Shown one piece after another: positions 29,519-45,879 of a stretch of 64,000 nt of DNA. How positions within the stretch are numbered: position 1 is the stretch's first letter; each line of letters opens with the position of its first letter. Source of the stretch: Neocallimastix sp. 'constans' (lineage: Eukaryota). A program made the position numbers and the translations under genes. The notes beneath the pieces were generated by a model that saw only the letters and a program-made list of their open reading frames with translations, searched no databases and was not told the origin of the DNA. The DNA lies in contig JBODTK010000128.1 of NCBI GenBank assembly GCA_050613775.1, positions 248,001-312,000 of the forward strand. Reading direction: 5' to 3'.

Positions 29519-30169
29519 GAATAATTATCAAATAATAATAATAAAATAATAATAGTAAAAAAAAATAATAATAAAAATAGTATAGAAAAGAAAAAAGTTA
29601 AAAAAAAAAAAAAATTAAAAAAATACATTTAAAAAAAATAATAATAATAAAGAATAAATAAAAAAAAAAATAAAAAATAAAAAATAGTAATAAAAAAAAA
29701 CTTTTACTAAAGTAATTTTTTTAATTAATTTTATATAAAAATAATAAATTTTAACTTTTTTTTTTTTTTACTTTCAATTTTTTTTATTTTAAATTTTTAA
29801 TTAATTATTCATACACTTATTTCGATATATATAATATATATTTAATTTTTAAATAACAATAATAAAAATTCTGAAATTAGTAGAATCAAAATAAAATAAA
29901 ATATTTTTTTTATATAACATACCATTAAAAAAAATAATCAATGATTATTAAATTTCATAAATTTAATTTAATTTTTGTTTAATCTATTTTATATATTAAT
30001 TTTTCTCTAATTGTTCAACAAGAAATCATTGAACATTCCTAATGAAAATTAGTTTAACAAAATTAAATATATATATATATATATATATTTTAAAAACTAA
30101 CTACCAAAATAAATATAATATACAAATAAAAATAAATAAAAAAAAAAATTTTTTTTTTTATTAATAAAA

Positions 30170-31420
<1,251 letters not shown>

Positions 31421-31478
31421 TTATTATCTAATATTAATTTAAAAAAAAAAAAAAAATTTCATTTATTTTATTTCTATG

Positions 31479-31518
<40 letters not shown>

Positions 31519-31700
31519 AATAAATAAAATTTATTTTTGATCTAAAAATAAAAAAAAAAAAAAAAAAAATATTATAATTATTATTATTATTTTCATTATT
31601 ATTGTTATAATTATTATTAAACAAAATAGTTAATGGTTTTATATATAAATATTTTATTTTATTTTTTATTTTCTTTTTCTTTTTATTTTATTTTTTTTTT

Positions 31701-31736
<36 letters not shown>

Positions 31737-31984
31737 TTTAACATCTTTTCATAATTAATTTAATTAATTTAGTAAATAAAAATATTTATAATTTTAACTA
31801 TAATAATAATAATAATTTATTTATTTATAAATATATATTTATTATTTTCCTTTTATTTTCTTTTATTATATTATTTATTATTATTATTATAAAAATATAC
31901 AGATGTACGTACGATATAGTATTTTATATATATATATATATAAAAAGATAATAGCCATGATAATGATAGATTAGATAAAATAAA

Positions 31985-32025
<41 letters not shown>

Positions 32026-32231
32026 GGTATAATATAACAAAAAAATAATAATAATAATAATAATGGCTAGATTATAATTTGTTTAAATTAGTTACGATGA
32101 ATGAGTATAAATGACAATAAGAATTTAATTTTTTAATTTCTTAATTTTTTAATTTTTTTTTTTTTTTTTTTTTAAAAAAAAATAAAAAAAGATATATAAA
32201 AATAAAAAAAAATAAAATAAAATAAAATAAA

Positions 32232-34042
32232 TTAGAATGCTATATCATCTAAAAATGTATCTATTCCTCCTTCTTCACCATCAATAGAAGAAAGAGATTG
32301 GTCACCAAGATCTCCTATGCCGGGTATTGTTGGATCATTGATATGAATGGTTAACGCAGAAGGATCAGCTAAATTCACATTTTCATATTGATATTCCTCT
32401 ACCACAGGTTCTCTTGTGGTATTTCTTGTATTAGCTGGTGTTGCTACAGTAATAATATTATTCTTTTCTTGTTCCTTCACTTGTTCAGGATATTCAATTC
32501 CTTCTTCCTTTTTAACAGGTTTTAGAGGTACTAAATACGATTGTTGATGTTGATTTTGTTTTTGCTTTGGTTTTTGTTCCTGATCTTTTTCTTTTATTGG
32601 TATATTATTTTTTTTATCCTCTTTTTCATTATTCCTTATTTTATTCTTATTTTTATTTTTATTATCCATATTTCCATTGATAGTTTGAATTTTATGATGA
32701 TTATTAATATTATTATTGATATTGATGTTATTACTATTATTGTTATTGATATTATTAATATTGTTATTGTTATTGTTATTGTTATTATTTTTAGCTTTAA
32801 TTTTGATATTTTGTTTATTTTTATTTATTTCTTTATCTTTCAATTGACCAGTCTCTATTTTAGATTTTTTAGAGGATGATGTCGTTGAAACAGATTGGGT
32901 ATTGGTCGTATTGGATATAGCTGTTGTATTTAAGGATGGGGTTATCAAAGATGATGATGATGATGATGGTAGTAGTGGCGGTGGTGGTTGAAGTGATGGA
33001 TTTTTTATAGTTTTCAATTTTGATTTTGAATTTGAGTTTTCCTTTACAGTAGATAAGGACTCTGGATTTTTTGGTGATACAAAAGTACTTGTTTCCTTTG
33101 CCATGGATTGGGAAAAACTTGCCTTGTTAGTACTGAAAGAGGGTAAAATTTTTGATTTCACTTCATAAGTAGTTGTATTGTTGGTATTTGTCATATTCAT
33201 ATTAGTTGTTAAATTCTGATTAATTAGGGTATTATTTATGGTATGATTATAATTTGAATTTTTTTGGATTATATCTATTGATGTTTCTTGCTTAATATTT
33301 ATTTCGTTGTTTGATAAATTTTCTTTTTCTTCTTGAAGCGATGAAGGAGATGACACTATAATACGAGATGTAATCTTTGATTTTGTTGGACTTTGCATTG
33401 CATTAATTGACTGAAGTTGTTCATCTATTTCAACATGAATAGGTTCATTATCATTATTTTTATTATTACTTATAATATTCATATTAACATTATTGGTAAT
33501 ATTAACCTTTTCTTTTTCATTTATCATATTTGTAGTTGTTTCTGTTGTTATAGGATTATTTATAATGGTATTATTACTACTACCTTTTGAATTTTGTATA
33601 CCATTAGTATCAGAGGTATTTGAAGAAATGGATAATGATGTTAATGCTTTATTACTATTATTACTATTATTATTATTATTATCAAGGTTGTGATTAGAAG
33701 GATTAGATAGAGGTTTCTTTTTAAATTTTTGCAATATTTCATTTAAATCTTTACTTTTACGAGCAAAATTTTCAAAGATTTCACGTTTTTCTTCATCTTC
33801 TTCATCATCTGAAAAATAGAATTTTCTTTTTTGGGGTAATTTTATAGAAAATAGATTAGTTTTTTTATAATCATTATTAAGTGTAAGCAAAGGAATACGT
33901 GAATGAGTTCTTGCTGACATTGGGTAATTTTTAGTAAGATGATTTTGACTTGGAGTCATGGGTATTCTTGAAGTTGTATATAATAATTTTTGAGCATCAA
34001 ATAAAATTCGATTTGTCTTAGGGGTTTCTAAGGTATTATTAC

Positions 34043-34091
<49 letters not shown>

Positions 34092-35130
34092 TGAAATTGT
34101 ATTAGATTTTTTAGGTGATTTTGTCATTTCTCCATTATTACTTATTTCATTACGACGATTTTCTTTCTTTTCATTTGCTTCATTACTATTAGTTCTTTGT
34201 CTTTTAACTTTTTTTTCTTGTATTTTTTTTTTAGGTGTTTTTAGTATTGTTTTCTTATGAGGCTTATGAGGGGTATAAATGTTTGTAGGTGAATTTTTCT
34301 CTGAAGAATAATTTTTGGTTTGTGATTTCTTAATTATTAAGTTGTTTATAAATTAAATTAATTAAATTAAATATATAATAATTTAATATTTAACATTATA
34401 TAATTAAATATATATTAATTATATCAATATCATAAATTTTTTAATTTTTGTAATTTTTTTAATTATTTAACATTATATATATTTACTTACAGGTTTATGT
34501 TTTTCTTTTTCATTCATAACTAATTTTGTTACTTCATCATCTAATGTCCTGATTGAATCTAAATATCTTTTTCCATAGATAGTGAATGGTTTATCTATAA
34601 TAAACATTTAATTAATATAAATGACATTGACATTTAAACAATTTTCTAATGATAAATAAAATAATAAAAATAAATAAATAAATAAATAAATAAAATATAA
34701 TTACTATTTTGAATTTCCCAATCTGATAAGATTTTTATTAATTCTTTTTCCAACTAAAATTATTCATATATTTACATATAATAATTTTTAATTAATTTTA
34801 TAATTAATATTACATTTATTTATATAATATTTATTACTTGTTATAACATGAATTAAAATATAAATCACCTTTGGTCTTTCCCTTGCAATTCTTTTTCTAA
34901 ATTTTTCTTCTCTTAATAATCTACCTGGATCTCTTTTACCTTTTTGGAATAATCGAGTTTGATCAGCGCACGAAATCTTTTATTTTTTTTTTTTTTTTTT
35001 TTTTTTTTTGGTTTGTTTTGTTTATTTGTTCGTTTATTTGTTTGTTTGTTTGTTGTTATTAATATAATATAATAATTATAATAATTAATATAATATAATA
35101 TGTTTTTAATAAACCTCATTTTTAATTATA

Positions 35131-35188
<58 letters not shown>

Positions 35189-37803
35189 TTTATACCTCGA
35201 AATTTTTAACTTCTTCTACTAATTTTATATGTTTTCCTACTAATTCTAAAACATCTTTTGCTTCATCATATAATTTTTCCATCCTTACAATTTCTTTTTC
35301 ATAAGCAGCTAATATTTCTTCATCAGAATAATTTTTTGATTTTAGATAAGATTTCTTTTTTTTTATTATTTTTTCTTGAGAATTTTTATTTTGTTGATTG
35401 TCACTGACTGACTGATTATTATTGGTATCACTAATGCAAGAATTTTTATTAATGTCTATAGTTGAAATAATTTCTTCTATTTTATTATCATCATCTCGTG
35501 AATTTTCGTCATTTGCATTAGATTCACCTTCACTTTCAATAGAATTTATGTTTGATTCTTCAAAATCAATAAAATTATACTTATTATAAAATTGTTGTTT
35601 CTGTTCCTTTGAAAAATACAATTTTTTCCAATAACTTTCCAATTCCATTTTACATTTTAAAATAAATGATTTCATATATTTCTTTTTCATTTTATTTAAT
35701 CTAATTAATTCATTCTCATACTATTTTTTAATTAATGTAATTATTATGAATATATATATATGTATATGTATATATATGAAGTATTTAATATAATTATAAA
35801 TTAATATTAAATATATATTTCTATAATAAAATAATAAATAAATATAAAATATATATAATAAAATATAATTAATATTAAATAAAAAAATATAAAAAAAAAT
35901 TCTTACTTTTCTAATTGTATTTATATGATAGCCTGATAAACTTTCAATTTCTTGTCTTTCTTCATTACTGATTTGCATTTTATCCCATAATACATTAATC
36001 ATTTTTAGTAATAATTCAACCTTTAGTTTTCTATTACTTCTCTCTTCCTCAAGCTAAAAATTGTATTGTAAATAATTATAATTATATATATTAATATATT
36101 AATATTTAAAATAACTTTAAAAAATTATATGTATATAAATAACAAACAAAAGTTTTTATTAGTATAAATTTTAAATTCATATATATTAACCTTTTCACAT
36201 TTAAGGCGTAAAGCTTCCATATTTGCAGTGGTTACTAAAAATTTATTTCTATTAAAACTTTCAATTGAATTGTCAAATTCATCTTGAGGCTTTATTCCAA
36301 GTTCATCCCATAAATTTAATATAGTATTTCTTAATTCACAAGCAATAACTAATCTACTTTCCTTTAAAATTTTAATAATATTTTTATTTATTAATAGTAA
36401 TATAAATAAAATAATAATGTAAATATATATATATATATTTTTTTTTTTTGATTCATGAATATATTTCGTAGTTATTTTATTAATTTTTTTATAATAATAT
36501 TATCTATTTATCTAAATATTGGTTGTACCTTAACTTCTATAAATTTTTTTACATATAAAGTTAAATTTTGAATACGTTTTGTTGAAATAATTTCATCATC
36601 ATTTTCATTAAAAGATTCTATATTTATTAATTCATTACCAAGATGTTTCTTACATTCTTCTATTTTTTCATATATATCTTTTATCATATTTACTCTTAAT
36701 TGATATTTCTTATACATTTAATTTAAATATATATATAATATAAATGTATATATTAATATAATTTAAATTTTTAAATAATTTTTAATTACTTTTAATATTT
36801 TTAATTAAAAATAATGTAATATGTACTTTTAAAACATATTCATTTATTGTCTTTAAACGTTCAAGTTTTGGTATCAAACCAATATCTAATTGTTTCAATA
36901 AATTTACCAAATCAATTGATATTTTAATATATATGTATTTTAAGTTAATAATTATAATACATTAACACTTATTAATTATTAATTATTATTTAATTATTAT
37001 TTAATTATTATTTAATTATTATTATTATTTAATTATTATTTAAATAATTATTTATTATTTTAATTACTATTATTATTATTATTATTATTTAAATAATTAT
37101 TTATTATTTTAATTACTATTATTATTTTTATTTTTATTATTTATTATTTATTATTTGTTATTTATTATTTATTATTTATTATTTTAATAACTATTATTAT
37201 TATTATTATTATTTAAATAATTATTTATTATTTTAATTACTATTATTATTATTATTTTTATTATTTATTATTTATTATTTGTTATTTATTATTTATTATT
37301 TATTATTTATTATTATTTAATTACTGTCACTAGATGTTAATGAATATTGCATTTGTCTTAATTCTAAAAATATTTCATCTCTTTTATTTTCTTCATCATC
37401 TTCGCCTCCCATTAAGCCAATATATCTTTGGGTTTCTGCTTGAATATCCATAATTCTTTGTAATATATTTTGTTTCCTTGTTCTTAACAATGCAATATGA
37501 TTTTCTAATAAATTTATAATTTTAGTTCTAAGTGTTGAGGTTTCAACTTTTATTAAAAGTACAATAAAAAAAATGATTACATTATGATAAAAAATTAAAA
37601 CAATATATATTAATTATATTAAAAATTATTTCAATTCCTTAATTCAAAATTTTTGTTTCTTATTATTCGATTTATTTTAAAATTATATTTCAATAAAAGA
37701 TAATCTAAGAACCTTGATATTCCTGCTGATCTTCTGACAGTTCAGTGTATAATGCATCAATTTCTTTTGATAATTTTGCAATAATACCTATATCAACAAT
37801 CAT
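32232..37803 (-). CDS. ASE1: Ase1/PRC1/MAP65 microtubule-bundling protein (multi-exon, long low-complexity C-terminal exon)
   Basis: ATG 37803. Motifs LWDELGI, VLWDKMQI, ELESYWKKLYFS, EIVRMEKLY and DQTRLFQKGKRDPGRLLREEKFRKRIARERPK. Confidence 0.85.
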
Positions 37804-39103
37804 TTTGATATATCATAATTTATTATATTGTGGAAAAAAATACTATTTAAGGTGAAAATTTAATAAATTTTTCTAATGAAAATTGTCATATTTTTCGAGT
37901 AATAATATTATTATTTATTGCTGAAGAATTAAAGCCGAAATTTGAAGAAAAAAAATTATATATATATTAATAATAAATATATAAAATAAATTGAAATTTA
38001 TTTTTATTATTAATATAATATTTTTTTATATTTTAATAAGACATAATATTATATAAAAGTTATTTTTTAAAAAAAATTATATTTTAATAAATAATAAAAA
38101 AAAAAAAAAGACTTTTATCTAAATTAATATTAATATTTATTAATATTGAAAATTATAAAGTTGAAATCTTACTTCTATCCGATAAAAATAAAATATTATA
38201 ACAGGATTTTTGAATTAATTGTCGAATATATTATATACAACTTAAATAATAATAATTTATTAGAAAAAATATTTAATACTTTAAAATGTAAATATATGTG
38301 TATGTTTTAATATTTATGAAAATAATTTTATATGAAATATGAAATTGATTCTCCTTTTATTATAAAATGTATGCAAATGTAAACTAATTTTATTATTAAA
38401 AAAAATAAAAATAGTTTATGAAAAATTTTAAATAAAAAATTAATAAACTATTACTATAATTAAAAATTTCATTACTAATTATAAAAAATCTTCATTATGG
38501 CCCATAATGTGCCATAATTACAATATAATTAAAAAATTTTAATATTTAAAAAAATATATTATTAAATTATTATTAAATTTTGAATTATATAAAAGTTTTA
38601 TTTAAATATTAAAATATTAATTATTAATAAATATATTAATATAAATATATTAAAATATTTAATTAATAAAATTAAACCCTTTCAAAAAAAAAAAAAAAAA
38701 AAAAAACACAATCATTAAAATAGATATACCTACATTTTATTTAATTCTTTTGAATTTATTTATTTATTATTTATTTATTTATTATTTATTTGTTTATTTA
38801 TTTATTTATATTTGCAAATTAATATTAATTACATATTTTAAAAGAAAAAATTTTAATAAATTTTTTTTATTATAATAAAAAAATTAGGTGTATAATTAAA
38901 TTTTTAAATAAATTATCTTTTTTTTTTTTTTTTTTTTTTTTGGTTTGTTTGTTTGTTTGTTTATTTGTTTGTTTGTTTTTGTTTTTATATTGATTTGATT
39001 AATGATTGCTGTTATTATTTTTATTCTTTTTTATATTTCTTTCTTAAATAATTATCAAATATTTCCTTCTAAGTATTATCCTTATTATTATTATTATTAT
39101 TAC

Positions 39104-39140
<37 letters not shown>

Positions 39141-39150
39141 ATTATTATTA

Positions 39151-39185
<35 letters not shown>

Positions 39186-39262
39186 TGGATAATAATTTAT
39201 TATCATTAAAGTAATTAATAAATGGATAATTTTGATTTATAAATAATTTGTTAATATTAAAT

Positions 39263-40402
39263 TTATTGTGGAAGTCCTGGAGCTTTTAATGCTATTATTA
39301 ATTAATATATGATGAAAAAATATTTTTATAATAATAATTATTAATATTAAAAAAAAAGTTAAATAATATTAAATATAATTTAATTATAATTTTTTTGTAT
39401 TAATAAAATTGCTTACAACTTCTACCAGCTCTTAACATTTCATCAACTAATAATAAATTACTAGCAATAACAGATGAAGAGTGGATCATATTTCTTAATA
39501 CACGGTAACCATCCCAAATACCTTCAGCGACAGGATCAAATGGTTCTCCAGTTTCTAAGTCACAACCAACAATATGACCATCAGCAAATTCTTCTTGTAA
39601 TTGAACAATCATATCTTGAGAATCGAAACCAGCATTTTGAGTTAAAACCTTTGGAATAATAAGCATTGCTTCAGCATAAGCATGGACACCCATCTTAGAA
39701 CGACCTTTAATAGTTTTCATATATTTCATAAGATGATCATGTAAAGCAATTTGGAAAGCACCAGCACCTGGAACAAGGCACTTGTCTTCAATGGCGTTCT
39801 TGACTGATCTTAAACCATCACGAATAGCATCATTAATTTGTGTAAGAGTATGATTGTTTGGACCACGAATAAGAATAGTTACTGATTGTGGGTGATCAAC
39901 TTCTTCAACAAAAGTGAATTTATCTTCACCCAAAACATATTCGTAAACTAAACCAGCATGACCAAGTACATCTGGAGTTAAATCATCAACAGAATTTTGA
40001 GCAACACCCCCACAGCAGAGTTGTAATCTTTCCATATTTCTTCTCTTAGCACGACGAAGAGCTAAAATATTATTCTTAGCTAAAACATCTAAAGATAAAG
40101 GATCAATACCCTTTTGATTAATAATAACAAATCCCTTGTCAGTTCCATCACAAACACTTTTCTTAAATTCAACAATCTTAGCAAGCTTAGCATCAACGAA
40201 TTTACGTTCAGATTCAACAAGCTTTTCACGTTGTTCAGCACTACTGTAGAAAAAACCTGAATTAATTTCACTATTATTATTTTTTTGAAATTATAAAAAA
40301 AAATAATATAATTAATAATTATATTCTCTTAAATAAATAAAAAAAAATTTTTTTTTTTCAATTTCTCTTAGTATAATAAAATTTATAAATAATTTAAATT
40401 AT

Positions 40403-40464
<62 letters not shown>

Positions 40465-42123
40465 ACCTCTTTTCATATTCTAAAGAAACATTTAAAGTTA
40501 AAATATAAGCATCTTTAACCTTCTTTGGCATATCTGGATGACGGGCACCGTGATCTAATACTAAACCCTTAACAAGTCTAGTATCAGTATCATTTTTATT
40601 CATCATTTTCATAATTTCAACCATATGAAGATCGATTGGGCTGTCTGGTTTGCGAATACTTAATACAGCATCAACAACTGCTTCAGTAAGGGTATCGGCT
40701 AATTCTTGACGAACCTTAGTACGTAATGATGCACGTGCAACATTTAATAAAGTTTCACGATCCATTTCTTTTTCAATTTTAAATTTATCTAAAAACTTTT
40801 ATATTACATTTATTTTAAATCACATTTCACAAATGTGAATAATTATAATTTATTAATTTTATAAAATTTTAATTTATTATTAATTTCTGATTAATTTTTT
40901 TTTTTTTTTTTTTTTTTTTGAAATAAATTCATTTATTCAATATAAATTTCATTTAATCAAATTAAATAAATGTGCGTTAAATATATAATTGTTAATAAAA
41001 ATATTTATTATAAAAAAAATTTTGCTACTTACACTTAAAGCTTCCTTCTTGGCAAGATCAAAACCTTCAGTAATAATTCTTGGATGTAAACCTTCAGAGA
41101 TGAAATGTTCTGCTTGTTTTAATAATTCACCAACAATTAAAACATTAGAAGTAGTACCGTCACCAGTAATATCATCTTGAGCAGTAGCTGCTCTTGCAAT
41201 CATTGCTGCTGTTGGATTTTGAATTTGCTATAACAAATATTAATTTATTTTTTAAATGAATAACCTTTCTCCTTAAATCATTTAATTGTAATTACTTTTT
41301 TAAAAAAAAAAAAAAAAAAAATATTACCATTTCATGAAGTAAAACTTTTCCATCCTTAGTTAATTTTATATCACCAGCACCACCAACTAACCTTTATTTT
41401 TACATATTTAAATATAATAATTAAATTAACATCTATTAAAATTGTATTAAATAATATACTTTATAGTATTATATATTTAAAATATATATTTTACATACAT
41501 TTTAATAGTACCCTTTGGACCTAAATTGGTTTTTAAAACATCTTGAAGACCTAAAGCCGCTGAAATATTAATTTGTAAAGCTTGTCCTCTTCTAGCAACT
41601 TCAGAATTTGGATTAATTAATTTAACTGCTGCTGAAGCCCTATTTTTCATTAAGGTTATATAAATTTAAATTTATACATTTTAATTTTTCACATTCCTTT
41701 TACAATATAAATAATATTAATTATACAATTTTTTATATGACTATTTTCTATTATATTTACAATCACATATATATATATATATTTTTTAGTTCTTTTTTCT
41801 ATAAGTAAATTTTTAAGCTATTATTAATCTTTATATATAACATATAAAGTATAAATGAATAATATTCTATTAGTAAACTTTAACGAATTAAATATGAATT
41901 TTTTGTATATCAATCGAAATTTTAAATGTCATCATTTATTAAAAAAATGCTTCAATATTATATTAAATATTAAAATTTTTCTATTTCTACATATTCTCTT
42001 TGTTCATAAGATTATTAAAAATATCTATATATATATATATATATAATTCAATATAATTATTATAATTATTTTTTTTTGAATCTATTATTTAAATTATTTA
42101 TACACATTAGTTTACTCTTACAT
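39263..42123 (-). CDS. CCT6: T-complex protein 1 subunit zeta (multi-exon)
   Basis: Motifs [35 protein letters not shown] and VPGAGAF. The final exon 39263-39291 gives ...[14 protein letters not shown]. The start codon is probably split AT|G by intron 41640-42121 (5' exon less certain). Confidence 0.93.
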
Positions 42124-42339
42124 TTTATTTAATTTATTATATTAAAACTTTTCGTAAATAATAAAAGAAATCCTTTTTATATAATTTTTTTAAAATATTT
42201 TACTTCAAAAATCAAAATTTAAAATGAATTACTCTTTTTAAAATTATTGAGATATAAAAAAAAATTAATTATTAAATTAAATATGAAAAAATAAATTAAA
42301 TAAAGTTATTCTCTTATTCTAAAAAAAAAAAAAAAAAGA

Positions 42340-43322
42340 AAAAAGATATTTTATATGGAATGTATATCACGTAGATATATATTACATATACAAGTTACAC
42401 AAAATATTTAAAAGGATAATTAACATAAATTTATATAACATAAAATAATCTATATATCTAATTTATATCAAACATAAATATAAGAAAATATGAATAAATA
42501 ATTAGTATAATTATTTAGCAGTTTTTATTTCTTCTCAAATGAGATTTTTGTATAAAAATATTATTTGTAAATTTTAGTATTTTTGCATCACTTGAATCTT
42601 TTGCTAACATGTCAGCTAGCATGTTTTTATTGTCTGCAAACTTTATATTTATTCTTTTCTTTAATATGTTATCATAATTGAATTGGTATCCGACATCTAT
42701 ATTTTTTAATTTAGTATTAATTTCACTAATTATACATCTACTTGTTTGATTATATTTATAAATTGTTAAATCTGATTTCTTATTTAATATTTCTTAAATA
42801 ATAATCTTTAACTATAGTATTTTTTTACACTTTCTGAAGTACTTATATATTCAGCTTCTTTTGTATAAGTAGCAGCACATGATTGCTTTTTAGATATCCA
42901 ACATATAGTAACGATGCATTATTGTTTATAATTACTTGTACAGCATTGTTGTTTTGAAAGGGAGCAGGTCTATCGGTTTTTAAATAGTTCTTTTGAATAT
43001 TAGAATGTAATCAAATGAAGCTCTTAATCTGATATATTTTATTTATTTATTTATTTAGTTAATATAATTATACATAAGTATTATGGTTAACAAGAAGAGA
43101 AGTGGACTGAACATTCATAATATTTTATATAGAACATACATCACATGAATGCATTTGTTACATACATACAAGTTAAACAAAATATTTAGAAGGATTATGA
43201 ACATAAATTTATGCAACATAAAATAAACATAAAACATAATTATAAATACCCTTTAATAAATAGCATGATAAATAAATGTATAAAATAATATGAATAAATA
43301 TATGATATAATTATTGTTATCA
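42340..43322 (-). mobile_element. Degenerate, internally deleted copia remnant (RNase H fragment between two diverged LTR-like repeats)
   Basis: 42530-42910 translates to WISKKQSCAATYTKEAEYISTS.. and NMLADMLAK. Diverged direct repeats lie at about 42350-42520 and 43125-43322 (CATA.ACAAGTTA.ACAAAATATTTA.AAGGAT). Confidence 0.65.
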
Positions 43323-43639
43323 AATATTTTTATTATTTTTATTATTATTATTAGTAGTAGTAGTAGTAGTATTATTAGAATATATAAACGTGAGATTAAT
43401 GTAATAAAGTAATAAATATGTATTATATTTAATATTAAAGTTTCATTGCAAGAAAAACATTTAATTATGTACCAGTAACTCTTTATTATAAAATAAATTA
43501 ATAAAGTTGCCACAATATAAACCATAAATAATGAATAAAATTAGCATAAATTAGCTTACGAGAAGAAATTTATTGAAATATTGAATCTTAATTATGAAAC
43601 AATTTACATTATTTACTAATAAGTTTAAATGGTTAGAAT

Positions 43640-44940
43640 AATATAATTAGTTATCGATGTAATTGTAATACCCCAAGATTATGATTTATCACGCAGCTGA
43701 AATATATTTAACAATTTATATTAACGATAATCATTAAAATTACTGAAAAAGAAAATATATAAAAGTTTATGCTAACTCCAAATGGAATTATAATAGAAAG
43801 TGATGTAAAACTAAATATATAAGAGTTATTAATACAAATTGAGATGGTATAATATTACTTTTCAAAAAAAAAAAAAAGTTTTCTATCATATAAATGTTAT
43901 ATATAAACCATATATTATATAAGATATCTTAGATACATTCAATATGTTAAATTAAAAGTTAATTTAAAATAGAAATAACAAATAATAATTTAGTAATATC
44001 AAGTGGACATTATTAAATAGGACAATTTTATTCATTATAGAATAACTAAGTTTAAGTAGGAATGTTAGAATATGTATATATAATTCTATAATATATGAAT
44101 TTGTGATTAATAAAAAGTAATGTAATATGAAAGGGTTAGTGTTATAATTAACACTAACCCTATTATAGTAATCTATAGAAACTTCGTCAAAGGCCATTGG
44201 ATACTGAATAAGGTATTATAAGTAAAAATTTCGAAATTATTAATATTGTTTAAAGAGTTAAAGAAAATTTAAGTATTGAAAAGTAGATTTGTTGACTTTA
44301 CATTAGGAATAGAAAGAGAAGATAATGGGGTGTGGGGCATTTCGCCAAATTGCATTTCGCCAGATTGCATTTAGCCAGTTTTTTTGAAAGCATGTGGCGT
44401 ATTAAAAAATGTGGCATTTCGCCAAATTGCAATTCGCCAAGTTGCATTTCGCCAAATTTGAAAATTATTAAATAAATAAATAAATCAATAAATAAAATTA
44501 ATTATTATTAATATCGCATAAAAACAATTTTAAAAAAAATATATTTTGAATTAATATTTATTTATTTATTCATTTATTTATATCAATACTCTACTTGTCG
44601 AAATGCAACCTGGCGAAAAGCAACTTGGGGAAATGCAATATTTTAATACTACGCCACTTTGCGAAATGCAACCTGGAGAAAAGCAATTTGGGGAAATGCA
44701 ACTCTCCCAAGATAATGACATTTATATTTCACAAGAAGCCGACTGGAGAAAAATCTATTCAAATATTAAAATACTTAACAAAACATTTTAAAATAAAATA
44801 TGACTGGAAAGGTAAAATAAATGTACTAGTTAGTGTTAATTACTATTTTAATGATGAAAATATATTAATTAAAAATATTCAAAAATATTCAATTGAAATA
44901 TATTAAAACAATATCACAATAAAAAATATAATTTGAGGGA
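43640..44940 (+). pseudogene. Highly decayed copia pol remnant (RT/RNase H pieces plus PPT), interrupted by a MITE
   Basis: VDFTLGIEREDN|DIYISQ reads across the MITE. IQILKYLTKHFKIKYDWKG and KNIQLKYIKT resemble the intact copia (ILQYLKNTKNYKIKYDGTG, NLIKLKYIST). PPT-like TTTGAGGGA at 44932-44940. The 5' boundary is approximate. Confidence 0.6.
44328..44708. mobile_element. Non-autonomous Mutator/Foldback-type MITE (381 bp)
   Basis: 9-bp TSD AAGATAATG (44319-44327, 44709-44717). Imperfect TIRs GGG..GCATTTCGCCAAATTGC are built from about 15-bp TTGCATTTCGCCA repeats. Confidence 0.85.
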
Positions 44941-45074
44941 ATAGGCTAGAATAACTTTATTTTATAAAGTTATTCTAGCCTATTATATATAAAATATTAA
45001 ATTAAATTATATATTTTGTAAATGTTAATTAAATATAAATTTCTAAATGTATAACAAGCCACAATTGAATATAA

Positions 45075-45320
45075 TTGAATATAAAAATATGTAATTTTGT
45101 CTGCACTAAAAATCTTGATTATCCCTTTATTTATATTTTATTAACTTGGAAAAAAAAGCAAAAAATATTTAGTGCAACTGATGAAATTAAAATTTTAATT
45201 GAAAATTACAAAAGTAAGGAAATAAATTTATTTTATAATGGATGCAACAGAAATGAATTAGTTAAATTATGGAAAGATTGTTTAATTGATTTAAACGATA
45301 TAAATATTAATTTAAAATAA
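45075..45320 (+). pseudogene. Possible MULE transposase fragment
   Basis: YPFIYILLTWKK weakly resembles the MULE PlvyaLLxxK motif, and MULE TIR elements are nearby. Weak support. Confidence 0.25.
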
Positions 45321-45750
45321 ATAATCTTAATTTAAAAAAAATGCTAGAAAAATACAAATTTATTTATTTTAAATTTATATTTATAATTGTTTAAATAATA
45401 ATTAAATAATCTTAATTTAAAAAAATGCTAGAAAAATACAAATTTACTTATTGTAAATTTATATTTATAATAGTTTAAATAATAATTAAATAATCTTAAT
45501 TTAAAAAAATGCTAGAAAAATACAAATTTATTTACCTATTGTGTTTATTTAATAATATTAATAGAAATTATCTTTTAGTTATTTTTATTAAGTAATTTAT
45601 AACTAAAAATAATAGTTTAAATAATAATTAAATAATCTTAATTTAAAAAAATGCTAGAAAAATACAAATTTATTTACCTATTGTGTTTATTTAATAATAT
45701 TAATAGAAATTATCTTTTAGTTATTTTTATTAAGTAATTTATAACTAAAA
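45318..45750. repeat. Local tandem duplications (four copies of AATAATCTTAATTTAAAAAAATGCTAGAAAAATACAAATTT; periods about 84 and 143 bp)
   Basis: Copies near 45321, 45404, 45489 and 45631. Confidence 0.85.
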
Positions 45751-45879
45751 CCAATTTATTTGATACTAGTTAAAATTTTATTAATATCAATATCAATATT
45801 ATATAATTATAAATTTTATTAATATCAATATCAATATTATATTATTATTATTTACTTTTCATTTAAATTTTTTTATTTA

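Noticed and set aside
44595..44906. Repeat protein KCNLAKSNLGKCN
   Set aside because: It is a translation of MITE TIR repeats fused to a copia remnant.
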